Positions 39,144 to 50,200 are shown, counted from the stretch's first letter. The stretch: DNA of 64,000 nt from Nitrospirota bacterium (GCA_016212095.1 JACRHH010000035.1:77948-141947), one strand, 5' to 3'. Translations and numbers: made by a program. Notes: generated by a model not told the origin, from the sequence alone.

Positions 39144-40070
39144 TCAAGGCGCGGCGTCTCTGTGCATCCCGAAAAACTCCCCGGCAACATGCCGCGCCTC
39201 ATCCATCGTCGCCGCGTTCTGAACGCGGGTTTCAAGGTTATGTCCGAACCGGAAATTGCGCGCGAAGTAGCTTGTAAACTCCTTCAGGCGTCCAAGCCTG
39301 CGCTCAGGCGGGAAATGCTTTTCAAGAATCCGGACGAAATCGGCGTAAACGGCATCTGGTGAAATCGTGGCAGGATCGATCAAACCGGCTATTTCCGCGA
39401 ATATCCACGGCCTTGCAGCCGCCAGCCGTCCGATCATGATGCCGTCGCAGCCGGTCTCGTCGAACCGCGCCGCAACTTCCGGGGCGGATAGAATATCGCC
39501 GTTTCCGATAACCGGAACGGAAAGTTCGCGCTTGAGCATGGCGATGTAGCGCCAGCGCGCCCGCCGCGTGAAACGCTCTTTTGCAAGTCTCGGATGAAGC
39601 GTCACCGCGTCGATTCCCTCGTTTTGCAGCATTTTGGCAAACGCGATCATGTCATCCGCCGACTCCTCCCATCCAAGTCGCAGCTTGGCCGTAAGCGGCA
39701 AAGCGGTTGCGGCGCGGCAGGCGGCGGTCACGCGCCGCGCGTTTTCGGCGTCGCGCATCAGGCCGCAGCCCGCGCCTGAGTTTCTTATGCGCGGCTCGCC
39801 GCAGCCCATGTTGATGTCGAAACCGTCGGGCGGCGAGGCGCGCTCAAGATGGCGAACCGCTTTGGCCATCGCGTCAGGCTCGTTTCCGACCAATTGATAG
39901 AAAAACGGGAGTTCGGCGGCTGTGCGCCTGAGATAGATCGAACGCTCAGGCGTTTCGTGAACAACCGCGCGGCACGACAGCATCTCGGATGTGTACAGGC
40001 CGCAGCCGCCGAAACCGGCGACAAGACTTCGAAGCGCAACATGCGTAAGCCCGGCCATCGGCGCAAGCAA
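39144..40070 (-). CDS. dus: tRNA-dihydrouridine synthase
   Basis: MLAPMAGLT...FDINMGCGEPRI...GCGLMRD matches Dus family TIM-barrel motifs. Confidence 0.85.
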   Translation of the reverse strand: MLAPMAGLTHVALRSLVAGFGGCGLYTSEMLSCRAVVHETPERSIYLRRTAAELPFFYQLVGNEPDAMAKAVRHLERASPPDGFDINMGCGEPRIRNSGAGCGLMRDAENARRVTAACRAATALPLTAKLRLGWEESADDMIAFAKMLQNEGIDAVTLHPRLAKERFTRRARWRYIAMLKRELSVPVIGNGDILSAPEVAARFDETGCDGIMIGRLAAARPWIFAEIAGLIDPATISPDAVYADFVRILEKHFPPERRLGRLKEFTSYFARNFRFGHNLETRVQNAATMDEARHVAGEFFGMHRDAAP

Positions 40071-40125
40071 TAGCGGCGGATCGACGGAGAGGTTGCGGAT
40101 GCGGAATGGGGCGGCCTTGCTCAGC

Positions 40126-41727
40126 TCAGTTATGCTCCTTCGTCTTCCTGAACACTATCTGCGGCCATTGCTCGGCCACGTAGTCCAGATGCCACTTGCC
40201 CGGCCCAAGGTATGCCAGTTGATCCTCGGCGTCGGTGAAGAGGTGAGTTTGAAGTTTGTGCCGGAAGTCGTCGAGCATCTTCCGGTCGCCGCAGTCTATC
40301 CAGCGGGCCATCGAGTAATCGGCAGCCTCGTACACGGCGTCAACGCCATACTCAGCCGCAAGCCGCGCCATTGTCACGTCGAACTGCAACGATCCTACCG
40401 CGCCTAATATGTAGTCGCTTCCGATCTGCGGGCGGAAAACCTGAATCGCGCCTTCTTCTGCAAGCTGGACAAGTCCTTTTTGCAACTGCTTGATCTTCAT
40501 CGGATTTTTTATGCGGACGCGCCTGAAATGCTCCGGAGCGAAGTTCGGTATGCCGGTGAACTTTAGCGGTTCTTTGGTGGTGAAGGTGTCGCCGATCTTG
40601 ATCGTGCCGTGGTTATGAACGCCGATGATGTCGCCGGGCCACGCCTCGTCGATGTTCGCCCTGTCCTGCGCCATGAAAATTGTGGCGTTTGCGATGGTTA
40701 TTTCCTTGCCAAGGCGGTGGTGCATCACCTTCATTCCGCGCGTGAACCGGCCTGAGCATATCCGCAGGAACGCGATGCGGTCGCGGTGTGCCGGATCCAT
40801 GTTCGCCTGAATCTTGAACACGAAGCCCGAAAACGCCTCCTCATCCGGCAACACATCCCGCGTGACAGCCGGGCGCGGCCCCGGATGCGGCGCGTTTTCC
40901 ACAAAGGCGTCCAGCAGCTCGCGCACGCCGAAGTTGTTTATCGCGCTGCCGAAGAAAACCGGCGTCTGGTTGCCGCGCAGGTAATGCTCCAAATCAAACG
41001 GATTGGCCGCGTCCTGAAGAAGCTCTATGTCGTCGCGGAGGGCGTCGGCGCTGCTTCCGAGCAGCTCGTCCAGCTTGGGGTCGAAAAGGTCGGTTATCAC
41101 AATGCCGTCCGCCGCGCGCGTGTCTTGCCCCGGCGTGAACAGGTGAAGCTCCTTGCGGTAGAGGTTGTAGACGCCTTTGAATCTTTTGCCAATGCCGATC
41201 GGCCAGCTCATGGGCGCGCATTCTATTTGAAGCTTGTTTTCGATGTCGGCCAGAACGTCGAGCGGCTCCATGCCCTCGCGGTCGAGCTTGTTTATGAATG
41301 TGATGATCGGGGTGTTGCGCATCCGGCAGACTTCCATCAGCTTTTCGGTCTGCGGCTCCACGCCGTTTACGCCGTCGATAACCATCAGCGCGCTGTCAAC
41401 CGCCGTTAGCACGCGGTAGGTGTCTTCCGAAAAATCCTGATGGCCCGGAGTGTCGAGCAGGTTTATCTCGAAATCGCGGTAGTTGAACTTCATCACCGAT
41501 GTTGTCACCGAGATGCCGCGCTCTTTTTCTATCGAAAGCCAGTCGCTTGTTGCGTGGCGCGCCGCCTTGCGCGCCTTGACCGCGCCCGCAAGCTGTATCG
41601 CGCCGCCGAAAAGCAGCAGCTTTTCGGTGAGCGTTGTCTTGCCTGCGTCGGGGTGGCTGATGATGCCGAAGGTGCGCCGTCTCTTAATCTCGGCGCTTAA
41701 CTGCTCGTTCACTTGAAAACCTCGCAA
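40126..41727 (-). CDS. prfC: peptide chain release factor 3
   Basis: [18 protein letters not shown]...DTPGHQDF translational GTPase motifs; 533 aa. Confidence 0.93.
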   Translation of the reverse strand: MRGFQVNEQLSAEIKRRRTFGIISHPDAGKTTLTEKLLLFGGAIQLAGAVKARKAARHATSDWLSIEKERGISVTTSVMKFNYRDFEINLLDTPGHQDFSEDTYRVLTAVDSALMVIDGVNGVEPQTEKLMEVCRMRNTPIITFINKLDREGMEPLDVLADIENKLQIECAPMSWPIGIGKRFKGVYNLYRKELHLFTPGQDTRAADGIVITDLFDPKLDELLGSSADALRDDIELLQDAANPFDLEHYLRGNQTPVFFGSAINNFGVRELLDAFVENAPHPGPRPAVTRDVLPDEEAFSGFVFKIQANMDPAHRDRIAFLRICSGRFTRGMKVMHHRLGKEITIANATIFMAQDRANIDEAWPGDIIGVHNHGTIKIGDTFTTKEPLKFTGIPNFAPEHFRRVRIKNPMKIKQLQKGLVQLAEEGAIQVFRPQIGSDYILGAVGSLQFDVTMARLAAEYGVDAVYEAADYSMARWIDCGDRKMLDDFRHKLQTHLFTDAEDQLAYLGPGKWHLDYVAEQWPQIVFRKTKEHN

Positions 41728-41978
41728 ATTCCTGTGTCAGGGCATAAAAAAACCGGGCATTTTAACTTATGCGCCCGATTGTTATTAATGTTACCCAATA
41801 GCCGATACCATCGGCAACCCCGCAGTCAGGCTGTCCCAATTGTCAACACTGTGGATTGGGATTCACCTCCCGGCTACGGCCCGATGATTTCCGCGAACCG
41901 CGGATATTCCGGATAAATGGGCGGAGCCGCATGATGGGTGGTGTGGGGAGGGACGGTTAGATGCCGTCCCTTACCCGA

Positions 41979-42407
41979 TTAGTCATTGTTTTTTAATGAT
42001 TCCATGGCGTTAATGAATTCTTTTGGCTCGAACACCGGCAGTTTTGAGCTTTTAAAGTCTGCGATATCTCTTGTTACAATATATTTGGCCCCGGCATGGC
42101 ATGCTGCCTCATGAAGAACCGCATCTTCAAAATCTGCAAATCTCGAAGAAGCTGCATTTTCAAGAACTACACGATTTACTGGAGCAATGACGAACAGTGA
42201 GAGGAGGGATTTGATGTGATGGGAAGCAGCCTGAGGTCCAAGTGCTTTAGTGGCGAGATAGTGAATGGTGGTAACTGTTGTTGCACATATAAACCCTATA
42301 ATTTCTGACTGTTCCACTTTTGATAACAACAAGGACGCATCACTTGAAAATGGTTCTCTGTCCAAAAGAACGTCCAGTATGACATTGGTGTCGAATAGGG
42401 TTTTCAT
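41979..42407 (-). CDS. vapC: PIN-domain toxin (VapC-like) on a low-GC island
   Basis: MKTLFDTNVILDVLLDREPF... with conserved PIN D/E/D residues; the region is visibly AT-rich compared with its flanks. Confidence 0.8.
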   Translation of the reverse strand: MKTLFDTNVILDVLLDREPFSSDASLLLSKVEQSEIIGFICATTVTTIHYLATKALGPQAASHHIKSLLSLFVIAPVNRVVLENAASSRFADFEDAVLHEAACHAGAKYIVTRDIADFKSSKLPVFEPKEFINAMESLKNND

Positions 42408-42646
42408 GAATATTTTTCTTCTAAATATTTTTTATAATCTTTTTCGTCTAGCTGCTTCCCTTTAAGGATACCCTTCAATGACCGCACAGTTGGAGTAAGG
42501 GGGTCTTCCCGCTTAATTTTTTCATTCTTAATAATTTCAAATAGATCTGCAACAATACGCGATACAGATTTGCCAGTTTGCGATGAATATTCTTTTGCCG
42601 ATTCAATTAGATTGTCGTCCATCCGCAATGTCAGTTTGGTTAGCAT
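42404..42646 (-). CDS. DUF6364-like antitoxin partner of the PIN toxin
   Basis: MLTKLTLRMDDNLIESAKEYSSQTGKSVSRIVADLF is the typical antitoxin N-terminus found upstream of PIN toxins; 4-nt overlap with the toxin. Confidence 0.6.
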   Translation of the reverse strand: MLTKLTLRMDDNLIESAKEYSSQTGKSVSRIVADLFEIIKNEKIKREDPLTPTVRSLKGILKGKQLDEKDYKKYLEEKYS

Positions 42647-42816
42647 GGAACCCTCCCTTTAGTTTGACGTACATATTTTAAATAATTATACGTCGGCATT
42701 TCAAGGGAGTCAATCATCAGCTGACATCCCGCGCGATTGCATCCATGCTAAAATCAACGCAACGCCGGAAGCTTCATGCATGTTCGTGAAAATAACCGCC
42801 GGCGCACGGAGCATTC

Positions 42817-43185
42817 ATGCGAGGACACAAACGATCGGTCAGCGTGGCCGAACTCATAAGGCGCGAAATCGCCGATATCATACAAAACAGGGTGAAAAAT
42901 CCGCATGTGGGTTTCCTCGCCGTAACCGACGTGGCCCTGAGCGACGACCTGAAGCACGCGAACATATACATCAGCGTCCTGAAAAAGAACGAGGCCGAGA
43001 CAACCATCAAGGCGCTTCACTCATCCGCCGGATTCATCAAGGGCGAGCTTGGTCATAGAGTCAAACTTCGCTACATGCCGGACATTCACTTCAGAATCGA
43101 CGAGGCGATCGAATATGGCTCGAAGATGGACGGCGTTCTGCGCGAGGTCATGGCGAAAGAGGGCGCGGGCCATGAAAATACCTGA
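42817..43185 (+). CDS. rbfA: ribosome-binding factor A
   Basis: RSVSVAELIRREIADIIQNRVKNPHVGFLAVTDVALSDDLKHANIYISV. Confidence 0.92.
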   Translation: MRGHKRSVSVAELIRREIADIIQNRVKNPHVGFLAVTDVALSDDLKHANIYISVLKKNEAETTIKALHSSAGFIKGELGHRVKLRYMPDIHFRIDEAIEYGSKMDGVLREVMAKEGAGHENT

Positions 43186-44137
43186 CGCACTGACCGGGGC
43201 CATCAGGCAGGCCCAAAGCGTTCTCCTCGTCGCGCACGTAAGCCCGGACGGCGACGCGCTCGGCTCGTCGCTTGCCCTTGCCCGCGCGCTTCGCGGCATG
43301 GGCAAAAGCGTATCGATTCTGGACAAGGACGCTGTTCCGCGCATCTACCGCTTTCTGCCGGGATGGGAAGCCGTGAGCGCCGAACTGCCGGATGTTTCCG
43401 GCGGCGAACCTGACGCTCTGGTGCTTCTGGACTGCGGCGAGCTTGAGCGCACAGGCTTCAAATCGCTTCCGGGCAGGGTGAAACTGGTTGTGGATCATCA
43501 TCTTACCGAGCGAAGCTACGGCGATGTCCGGTGGGTGCTGCCGACGGTTTCGTCAACCGGCGAGATGGTTTACAACCTCATTCGCGCTCTTGGCGCGGAA
43601 ATCGACGCCAAAACCGCGCTCTGCCTCTACACCGCAATATTCACCGACACAGGCGGATTCCGCTATTCAAGCTCCACGCCGTCGTCATTCCGGGCGGCAG
43701 CCGATCTGGTGGAGCTTGGCGTGAAGCCGTGGAGCATCACCGAAAACGTTTACGAAAGCATCTCGCCCGCGCGCATGAGGCTGATGGGAATGGCGATAAA
43801 CGGCATACGGTTTCATGATGATGTTGCCGTGATCGTTGTAACCCACGACATGTATCGCGAAACCGGAACCACCGACGAAGACACCGAAAACTTCGCCAAT
43901 CTGGCGCGGTCGATTCAGGGCGTGGAGGTTGCCGTGTTCATTCGCCAGACCGGCCCGGAATCGTTCAAGGTGAGCATGAGGTCGAAGGGGCGGGTGAACG
44001 TGGCTGCCATTGCCGAAACGATCAGGGGCGGCGGCCATCATAACGCCGCGGGCGGAAAGATGGACGGCACGCTTGCCGAGGTTGAGGAGCGCATAGTTGT
44101 TGCGCTAAAAAATGCGCGCCGCGATAGTCAATCTTAA
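43172..44137 (+). CDS. nrnA: DHH/DHHA1 phosphoesterase (NrnA-like oligoribonuclease / pAp phosphatase)
   Basis: VLLVAHVSPDGDALGSSLALARAL (DHH motif) and C-terminal GGGH (DHHA1); start at MKIPDAL overlaps the rbfA end. Confidence 0.85.
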   Translation: MKIPDALTGAIRQAQSVLLVAHVSPDGDALGSSLALARALRGMGKSVSILDKDAVPRIYRFLPGWEAVSAELPDVSGGEPDALVLLDCGELERTGFKSLPGRVKLVVDHHLTERSYGDVRWVLPTVSSTGEMVYNLIRALGAEIDAKTALCLYTAIFTDTGGFRYSSSTPSSFRAAADLVELGVKPWSITENVYESISPARMRLMGMAINGIRFHDDVAVIVVTHDMYRETGTTDEDTENFANLARSIQGVEVAVFIRQTGPESFKVSMRSKGRVNVAAIAETIRGGGHHNAAGGKMDGTLAEVEERIVVALKNARRDSQS

Positions 44138-45017
44138 CAAGCCGTCCGGAATCACCTCGCAACAGGCCGTATCCCGCGTGAAGCGCGTCTTCGGCGCGAA
44201 GAAGGCGGGCCACTGCGGAACGCTCGACCCGGACGCAACCGGCGTGCTTGTGGTCTGTCTGGGCAAGGCAACACGTCTTGCCGACTACATTCAGGCCCGC
44301 CCAAAGGGATATCGCGCCGTGATGAAGCTTGGCGAAACCACCGACACCCAGGACGCGTCAGGCATAGTTCTGGAGCGCCGCGACACAGGCGGCGTGACCG
44401 GGGCGATGGTTTGCAAGGCGGCGGCATCGTTCGTCGGCGAAATTGAGCAGGTTCCGCCGATGTACTCGGCCCTCAAGATGGGCGGAAAGCCGCTTCACCT
44501 TCTGGCGCGAAAAGGGATAGTCGTCGAACGCGCTCCAAGGCGGGTGACGATATACGATCTGCGGATTGAGGCTGTGGATATTCCGTTTGTCACATTCACC
44601 GTGGAATGCTCGAAGGGAACATACATCCGCACCATCTGCGAGGACATGGGGCGCGCGCTGGGCGTGGGCGGCCACATGGTGTCGCTTGAGAGAACCATGG
44701 CGGGAGGTTTCGGCGTTGCCGGGGCGCGCGGATTCGACGAGCTTGACGAATCGTGCCTGATAGAGCCGGAGATGGCGCTTTCGTTTCTGCCGGTCTGCGG
44801 ATTGAGCGGGGATTCCGCAAGGCGGATACTGCATGGAAATCAGGTTCCTGCCGATGATTGCGCTTTTGGCCTGAAAAATGAAACAGATGAACTGTTCCGG
44901 CTTCACGGCCCGGACGGCTCGTTCTATGGCATCGGGCGGCTTGAAGACGGGTTGATGGCAGTGGAATGCCTGATTTGCGACGTTTCGGTTTTGACAAATC
45001 AGGATTGCGTAGGATAA
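44112..45017 (+). CDS. truB: tRNA pseudouridine(55) synthase
   Basis: IVNLNKPSGITSQQAV...HCGTLDPDATGVLVVCLGKATRL carries the catalytic Asp motif. Confidence 0.92.
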   Translation: MRAAIVNLNKPSGITSQQAVSRVKRVFGAKKAGHCGTLDPDATGVLVVCLGKATRLADYIQARPKGYRAVMKLGETTDTQDASGIVLERRDTGGVTGAMVCKAAASFVGEIEQVPPMYSALKMGGKPLHLLARKGIVVERAPRRVTIYDLRIEAVDIPFVTFTVECSKGTYIRTICEDMGRALGVGGHMVSLERTMAGGFGVAGARGFDELDESCLIEPEMALSFLPVCGLSGDSARRILHGNQVPADDCAFGLKNETDELFRLHGPDGSFYGIGRLEDGLMAVECLICDVSVLTNQDCVG

Positions 45018-45032
45018 TATTTGAGGCTCTGT

Positions 45033-45108
45033 GAGCCGCTAGCTCAGTCGGTAGAGCATCGCCCTTTTAAGGCGGTGGTCCTGGGTTCGACCCCCAGGCG
45101 GCTCACCA
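45033..45108 (+). tRNA. tRNA-Lys (anticodon UUU)
   Basis: Cloverleaf by hand: acceptor GAGCCGC/GCGGCUC, anticodon arm UCGCC-CUUUUAA-GGCGG, T-loop GGGTTCGACC, 3' CCA. Confidence 0.85.
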
Positions 45109-45182
45109 GTTTGTATCGGGTTGATTTTTTTGATCGGCACGAAATATAATTCGTTTCCGTCGAAAGTTGTTTTGCAAGATGC

Positions 45183-45259
45183 GTCCCCATCGTCTAGACG
45201 GCCTAGGACATCGCCCTTTCACGGCGGTAACCGGGGTTCGAATCCCCGTGGGGACGCCA
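45183..45259 (+). tRNA. tRNA-Glu (anticodon UUC)
   Basis: GUCCCCAUCGUCUAGA...CCUUUCACGG...GGUUCGAAUCCCCGUGGGGACGCCA, near-identical in plan to canonical bacterial tRNA-Glu. Confidence 0.85.
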
Positions 45260-45354
45260 ATTTTCCTGATACCAATACGACACTACAAGCCTCGCATTGA
45301 AATCCTTTTCCCCGGTTATGCGTTGAAGCACATAATTACAAGGAGTGTGCCTGC

Positions 45355-46410
45355 ATGAAAATCATGGCTGCAACGTTTCTTTACGTCGTTCTTATTGCCG
45401 GATGCGCAAGCATCGCCGGGAACAAACCCGCCTCCGAAGACCGCCACATGAAAAACGTCGCACAGCTTACGTTCGACGGCGACAACGGCGAGGCGTATTT
45501 CAGCTTCGACGGCAAGCAGCTTATCTTCCAGTCGAGCCGCAACGGTTACGCCTGCGACAAGATCTGGACGATGAACACCGACGGCTCCGGCAAGCGGATG
45601 GTCAGCCCCGATCATGGCGCGAACACCTGTTCGTTCTTCTTTCCCGGCGGCAATCGCATTGCGTTCGCCTCCACAAGCCACATTCCCGGCGACTGCCCGC
45701 CCAAGCCGCAGTCCATGCCGAAGGGCTACGTCTGGCCGCTCTACCCATACGATATTTTCACCGCGAACCCGGACGGCTCCGGCATGAGCAAAATCACCGA
45801 CAACCCCGGCTACGACGCCGAGCCGGTCGTGTCGTCCGACGGCAGGAGCATCGTGTTTGGCTCCCAGCGCGAAGGCGATTTCGACGTCTACACGATGAAC
45901 GCCGACGGATCGAACGTGAAGCGCCTCACCGACAGCGAGGGCTACGACGGCGGCCCGTGGTTTTCGCCAAACGGCAAAATGATCGCCTGGCGGGCGTGGT
46001 ATCCGCAAACCGGCGAGGAGCGCGCAACCTGGCGCGACTGCATGAAAAATAACTATATTTTGCCGTTTCCGCTCGAACTTTGGGTGATGGATTCAGACGG
46101 CGCAAACAAGCGGCGGCTTACCAATAACGGCGCGACAAACTGGGCTCCGTCGTGGCATCCCGATGGAAAGCGGCTTGTCTTCTCCAGCAACCTGGACGAC
46201 TGGCGGCCCGACATAAAGAAGTTCGGACACAATTTCGAGCTTTACATCATCAACATTGACGGAACCGGGCTTGAGCGGCTCACATTCAACAACAAATTCG
46301 ACAGCTTCCCCATGTTCTCGCCCGACGGCAAGAAGCTGGCCTTCGGCTCGAACCGCAACCCGCAAAGACCGCGCGAGACAGACATATTTATTGCCGACTG
46401 GGTGGAATGA
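45355..46410 (+). CDS. PD40/TolB-like beta-propeller lipoprotein
   Basis: Lipobox LIAGC; repeated PD40-type blades (DG...LIFQSSRNG, DGS..RLT, SPDGKKLAFGSNRN). Confidence 0.75.
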   Translation: MKIMAATFLYVVLIAGCASIAGNKPASEDRHMKNVAQLTFDGDNGEAYFSFDGKQLIFQSSRNGYACDKIWTMNTDGSGKRMVSPDHGANTCSFFFPGGNRIAFASTSHIPGDCPPKPQSMPKGYVWPLYPYDIFTANPDGSGMSKITDNPGYDAEPVVSSDGRSIVFGSQREGDFDVYTMNADGSNVKRLTDSEGYDGGPWFSPNGKMIAWRAWYPQTGEERATWRDCMKNNYILPFPLELWVMDSDGANKRRLTNNGATNWAPSWHPDGKRLVFSSNLDDWRPDIKKFGHNFELYIINIDGTGLERLTFNNKFDSFPMFSPDGKKLAFGSNRNPQRPRETDIFIADWVE

Positions 46411-46453
46411 GCGAGTTGGTTAGATATGTAGCATTAATGTCCGCATGTATATG

Positions 46454-46885
46454 TCATGACGCTCCAGCTTTACCGACTTCTTCTATTTCCTGAATGAGCG
46501 CGGACAGATTGGGCTGCGCGAAACTCAAACCCGGCGCGGGGATGCGATTATGCTTGATATCGGGCGGGATGTGCTTGTGATGAGGCATCGTCGATGCAAG
46601 CGCCGGATCCTTCGGATGGGGAAAGTCATCGTACCAATACAGCCGCTCTTCGCCCCGATACACCTCATATCCATACGAAACGATAAGCCCCTCATCAAAA
46701 TCCATCTCTTCTCTCATCCGCAGCCGCAAGCCGTTGGCAAAAAACACTTCACCCTCTGCAATGCCCGTATACGGACTGTCAGACCATACGGTAACCGTTG
46801 AGCCCTTGACCGCTGGCTGACCGAGCAACTCCGCAAGAAAACGACTGTAGTTGCTCATTGATTTCAACGGGTTATCCGTCATCAA
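46454..46885 (-). CDS. hypothetical protein, possibly DUF6516/TumE-like toxin-antitoxin component
   Basis: 143 aa; conserved-looking WYDDFPHP...[10 protein letters not shown] resembles the PHHKH signature recalled for the DUF6516 family; uncertain. Confidence 0.4.
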   Translation of the reverse strand: MMTDNPLKSMSNYSRFLAELLGQPAVKGSTVTVWSDSPYTGIAEGEVFFANGLRLRMREEMDFDEGLIVSYGYEVYRGEERLYWYDDFPHPKDPALASTMPHHKHIPPDIKHNRIPAPGLSFAQPNLSALIQEIEEVGKAGAS

Positions 46886-47166
46886 TAGGCAGGCTGAAAG
46901 CGCAGCACCGCGCTGAATTCACGTTCCTGGAATTGCCGGCGATAGGCTTCTTTTCGCCTCCTCCAAGTTTCAAAGATACCCTTCCAACGGCTGAAATCGG
47001 CGCGTGTCTCGTCGTAGGCATCGTACTCGGCCAATTTGCCTGCAATGAGCGCGGCATAAAAATCTTCGCTCAGAACGCCGTACTTCTCCTCGTAGAGGGT
47101 TAAACGGCGCTCAAGCAGTTTCATTTCAACAACTAATTCGTGAATTTCCATTTTCAACTCTCCCAA
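46882..47166 (-). CDS. hypothetical small protein, upstream partner (4-nt overlap)
   Basis: 94 aa, helical/coiled-coil character, no HTH recognised; translationally coupled to the 46454-46885 gene. Confidence 0.4.
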   Translation of the reverse strand: MGELKMEIHELVVEMKLLERRLTLYEEKYGVLSEDFYAALIAGKLAEYDAYDETRADFSRWKGIFETWRRRKEAYRRQFQEREFSAVLRFQPAY

Positions 47167-47285
47167 GCCAGCCCGGCAATTAGTGGAGAAAATCTCATGC
47201 TTGGATTATAGCGGAGATTGGGTGAGAGCGCATGTCAACAACCATGTTATGCTTTGAGCCATATCCACAAGGAGTGTGTTCCTGC

Positions 47286-50200
47286 ATGAAAATCATTGCC
47301 TCGACGTTTAACAACATCATTCCGCTTGGCGGATATGCGCTTGCGCTTGCCATGACGCTTCTGCTTCCCTCCCCCCTTTACGCCGCCACCCTCATCCATC
47401 ACGACATGACGGTGAGGCTCGACCCCGCCGAGCACCGCATCACGGTTTCCGACAACGTTTCGCTTTCCGGCGGATTTCCCGCCGAAATAACCTTCGGCCT
47501 GCATCCGGGCCTGAACCCGAAATCGCCGACTCGCGGCGCGAGCATCGAACAACTTCCGGGCGATTCAGCCTATCGGGCGCATCTGCCGCCCGGCGCGAAA
47601 GCGTTCACAATCGAATACTCAGGCGCGATAGATCATCCGCTTGAGAGCGTTGGCGCGGAGCAGGCGCGCGGATTCAGGCAGACATCCGGCGCGATTACGC
47701 CCGACGGCGCGTATCTGGCCGGAAGTTCAATGTGGTATCCGCGATTCGGCAGCGAAACCGTCACCTTCCGCGTCGAGGTTTCGCTGCCCGCGAAGTGGGA
47801 CGCGGTGGCTCAGGGCGAACGGACGCGGCACGAGCGCGCGGATTCAGGCACTGTTACGGTTTGGGAATCGAAAGAGCCGCAGGACGAGATTTTTTTGATC
47901 GCCGCCGCGTTTGCGGAATATGAAAAGCAAGCCGGGCGGGTTTCGGCCATGGCGTTTCTGCGAACTCCGGATGACGGGCTTGCGAACAAATATCTGGACG
48001 CAACCGCGCGATACATCGCCATGTACGAAAAAATGATCGGCCCGTATCCGTACTCGAAGTTCGCGCTGGTGGAGAACTTTTGGGAAACTGGCTACGGAAT
48101 GCCTTCGTTCACGCTTCTTGGGCCGAAGATCATCCGGATGCCGTTCATCATCAATTCATCGTATCCGCACGAAATTCTGCACAATTGGTGGGGCAACAGC
48201 GTCTGGCCAAACTACGCCAAGGGCAACTGGGCCGAGGGTTTGACCGCCTATCTGGCCGATCATCTGATAAAAGAGCAGCAGGGGCAGGGCGCGGAATATC
48301 GCCAGTCGGTGCTTCAGAAATACGCCGATTATGTCTCGGACGGGCGCGATTTTCCTCTTTCGGGCTTCACGTCGCGCCACGGCTCCTCATCGGAGGCTGT
48401 CGGGTACGGCAAGGCCGCGATCTTTTTTCACATGCTGAGGAACCGCATGGGCGACGAAATTTTCATCAAGTGCTTGCAGCGTTTTTACGCCGACAACCGG
48501 TTTAAAACGGCATCGTTCGACGATCTTCGGAAAAGCTTCGAGGACGTTACCGGCGAGAGCTTGAAAGCCGAATTCGATCAATGGGTTACGCGCGCTGGCG
48601 CGCCGAAGCTTGCCGTAAGCGGCGTAAGCGTGACCGCGGTGAAAAACGGTTTTATTCTGAAGGCCGATGTCGAACAGGTTCAGCCCGGCGATGTTTATTC
48701 GCTAATAGTGCCGGTTGCCGTGACGATGGAGGGCGTTCCGCGCGCATTCCGCACAGTGGCGGAAATGAGCGGGCGAAAGGCCGCTATCAATATCCGCCTT
48801 TCGTCGCGCCCGCTACGGCTCGACATCGATCCGGAATTCGACGTTTTCCGGCGGCTGGACACCGGCGAAACCCCGCCCGCCATAACCCAGGCGCTCGGCG
48901 CGAAGAAAATGCTGGCGGTTCTGCCGTCGTCCGCCGACGCGAAAACGCTTGCAGCATGGCGCGCGCTGGCCGAATCGCTTGGCAAATCCGGGCCGGATTC
49001 AATTGTAATCGCGCTTGACAGCGAGATCGACAAGCTTCCTCCGGACAGGGCGGCGGCGATTCTTGGCGGCGGCAACCGGTTTGCGAAAACCGTTTTCGAC
49101 GCCCTTTCCGGCTATGGCGTCTCGGCTGACGCTGCGAACATCCGCATTGGCGAAACAGAAATTCCGCGTAAAAATCATGCGGTTGTGCTTTCGGCGCGAA
49201 GGCCCGGAAACAGCGAAGCCGCGCTTCTGTTCATCGACGCCGACACGCCAGGCGCGCTTCCCGGCCTTGCGCGAAAGCTGCCGCATTATCACAAGTACAG
49301 CTATCTGGCGTTCGAGGGCGACGAGCCGGTGAACACGGTGAAGGGCCGCTGGCCGGTTGTGGCGTCGCCGATGACCGTGTATCTGCCGGGAGCCGACGGC
49401 GTGGCAAAACGTGTTGACATGGGAGCCGTTCCGGCGCGCGAGCCGCTTGCGAGCCTGCCGCAGGCGTTTTCGCCTGAGCGCATGACCGAGACGGTTGGCA
49501 AACTTGCCACACCGGACATGGCCGGTCGCGGCATTGGAACAACTGAGATCAGCCGCGCAGCCGATTTCATCGCCGAAAAATTCAGGGAGGCCGGACTGGA
49601 ATCGGCTGGCGACGGCAGCGGGTATTTTCAGAAGTGGACTGAAACTGTCGGCGGAAAAACCGTTTCGCTCAAAAACGTGCTTGGCGTGATTCCCGGCACA
49701 AAACCCGAATTCGCCGGGCAGAGCGTTGTAATCGCGGCGCATTACGATCATCTTGGAATTATTGACGGCAAGATTTACCCCGGCTCGGACGACAACGCAA
49801 GCGGCGTGGCCGTCCTGATCGAACTTGCTCGCGCGTTTTCGGCTGGCGCGAAGCCGGAGCGGAACATCGTGTTCGCCGCGTTCACGGCGGAGGAAACGGG
49901 CCGCATCGGCTCGCGGCATTACATTGCGGATGCGAAACGTTTTCCGGCTGAAAAGTGCATCGCCGCTATCAATCTCGACACCGTGGGCAGGCTCGGCAAA
50001 GGCAAAATCCTTGCGCTCGGCTCCGGCTCGGCATCCGAATGGGTGCATATCTTCCGTGGCGCGGGCTATGTGACCGGCGTTGAGGTTGAAGCCGTGACAA
50101 CCGATTACGAGGCAAGCGACGACAGAAGTTTTCGTGACGCAGGAGTTCCGGCTGTGCAGTTATTCACCGGCCCTCACGCCGATTATCACAAGCCGACCGA

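Noticed and set aside
42754-43020. Minus-strand ORFs 42754-43020 and 42774-43010
   Set aside because: They overlap the rbfA gene and its promoter region on the opposite strand and have no motifs; rbfA is clearly identified.
45316-46052. ORFs 45316-46008 (minus) and 45345-46052 (plus, Arg-rich)
   Set aside because: These are alternative frames of the PD40 lipoprotein gene, which has a lipobox and repeated PD40 blades in the chosen frame.
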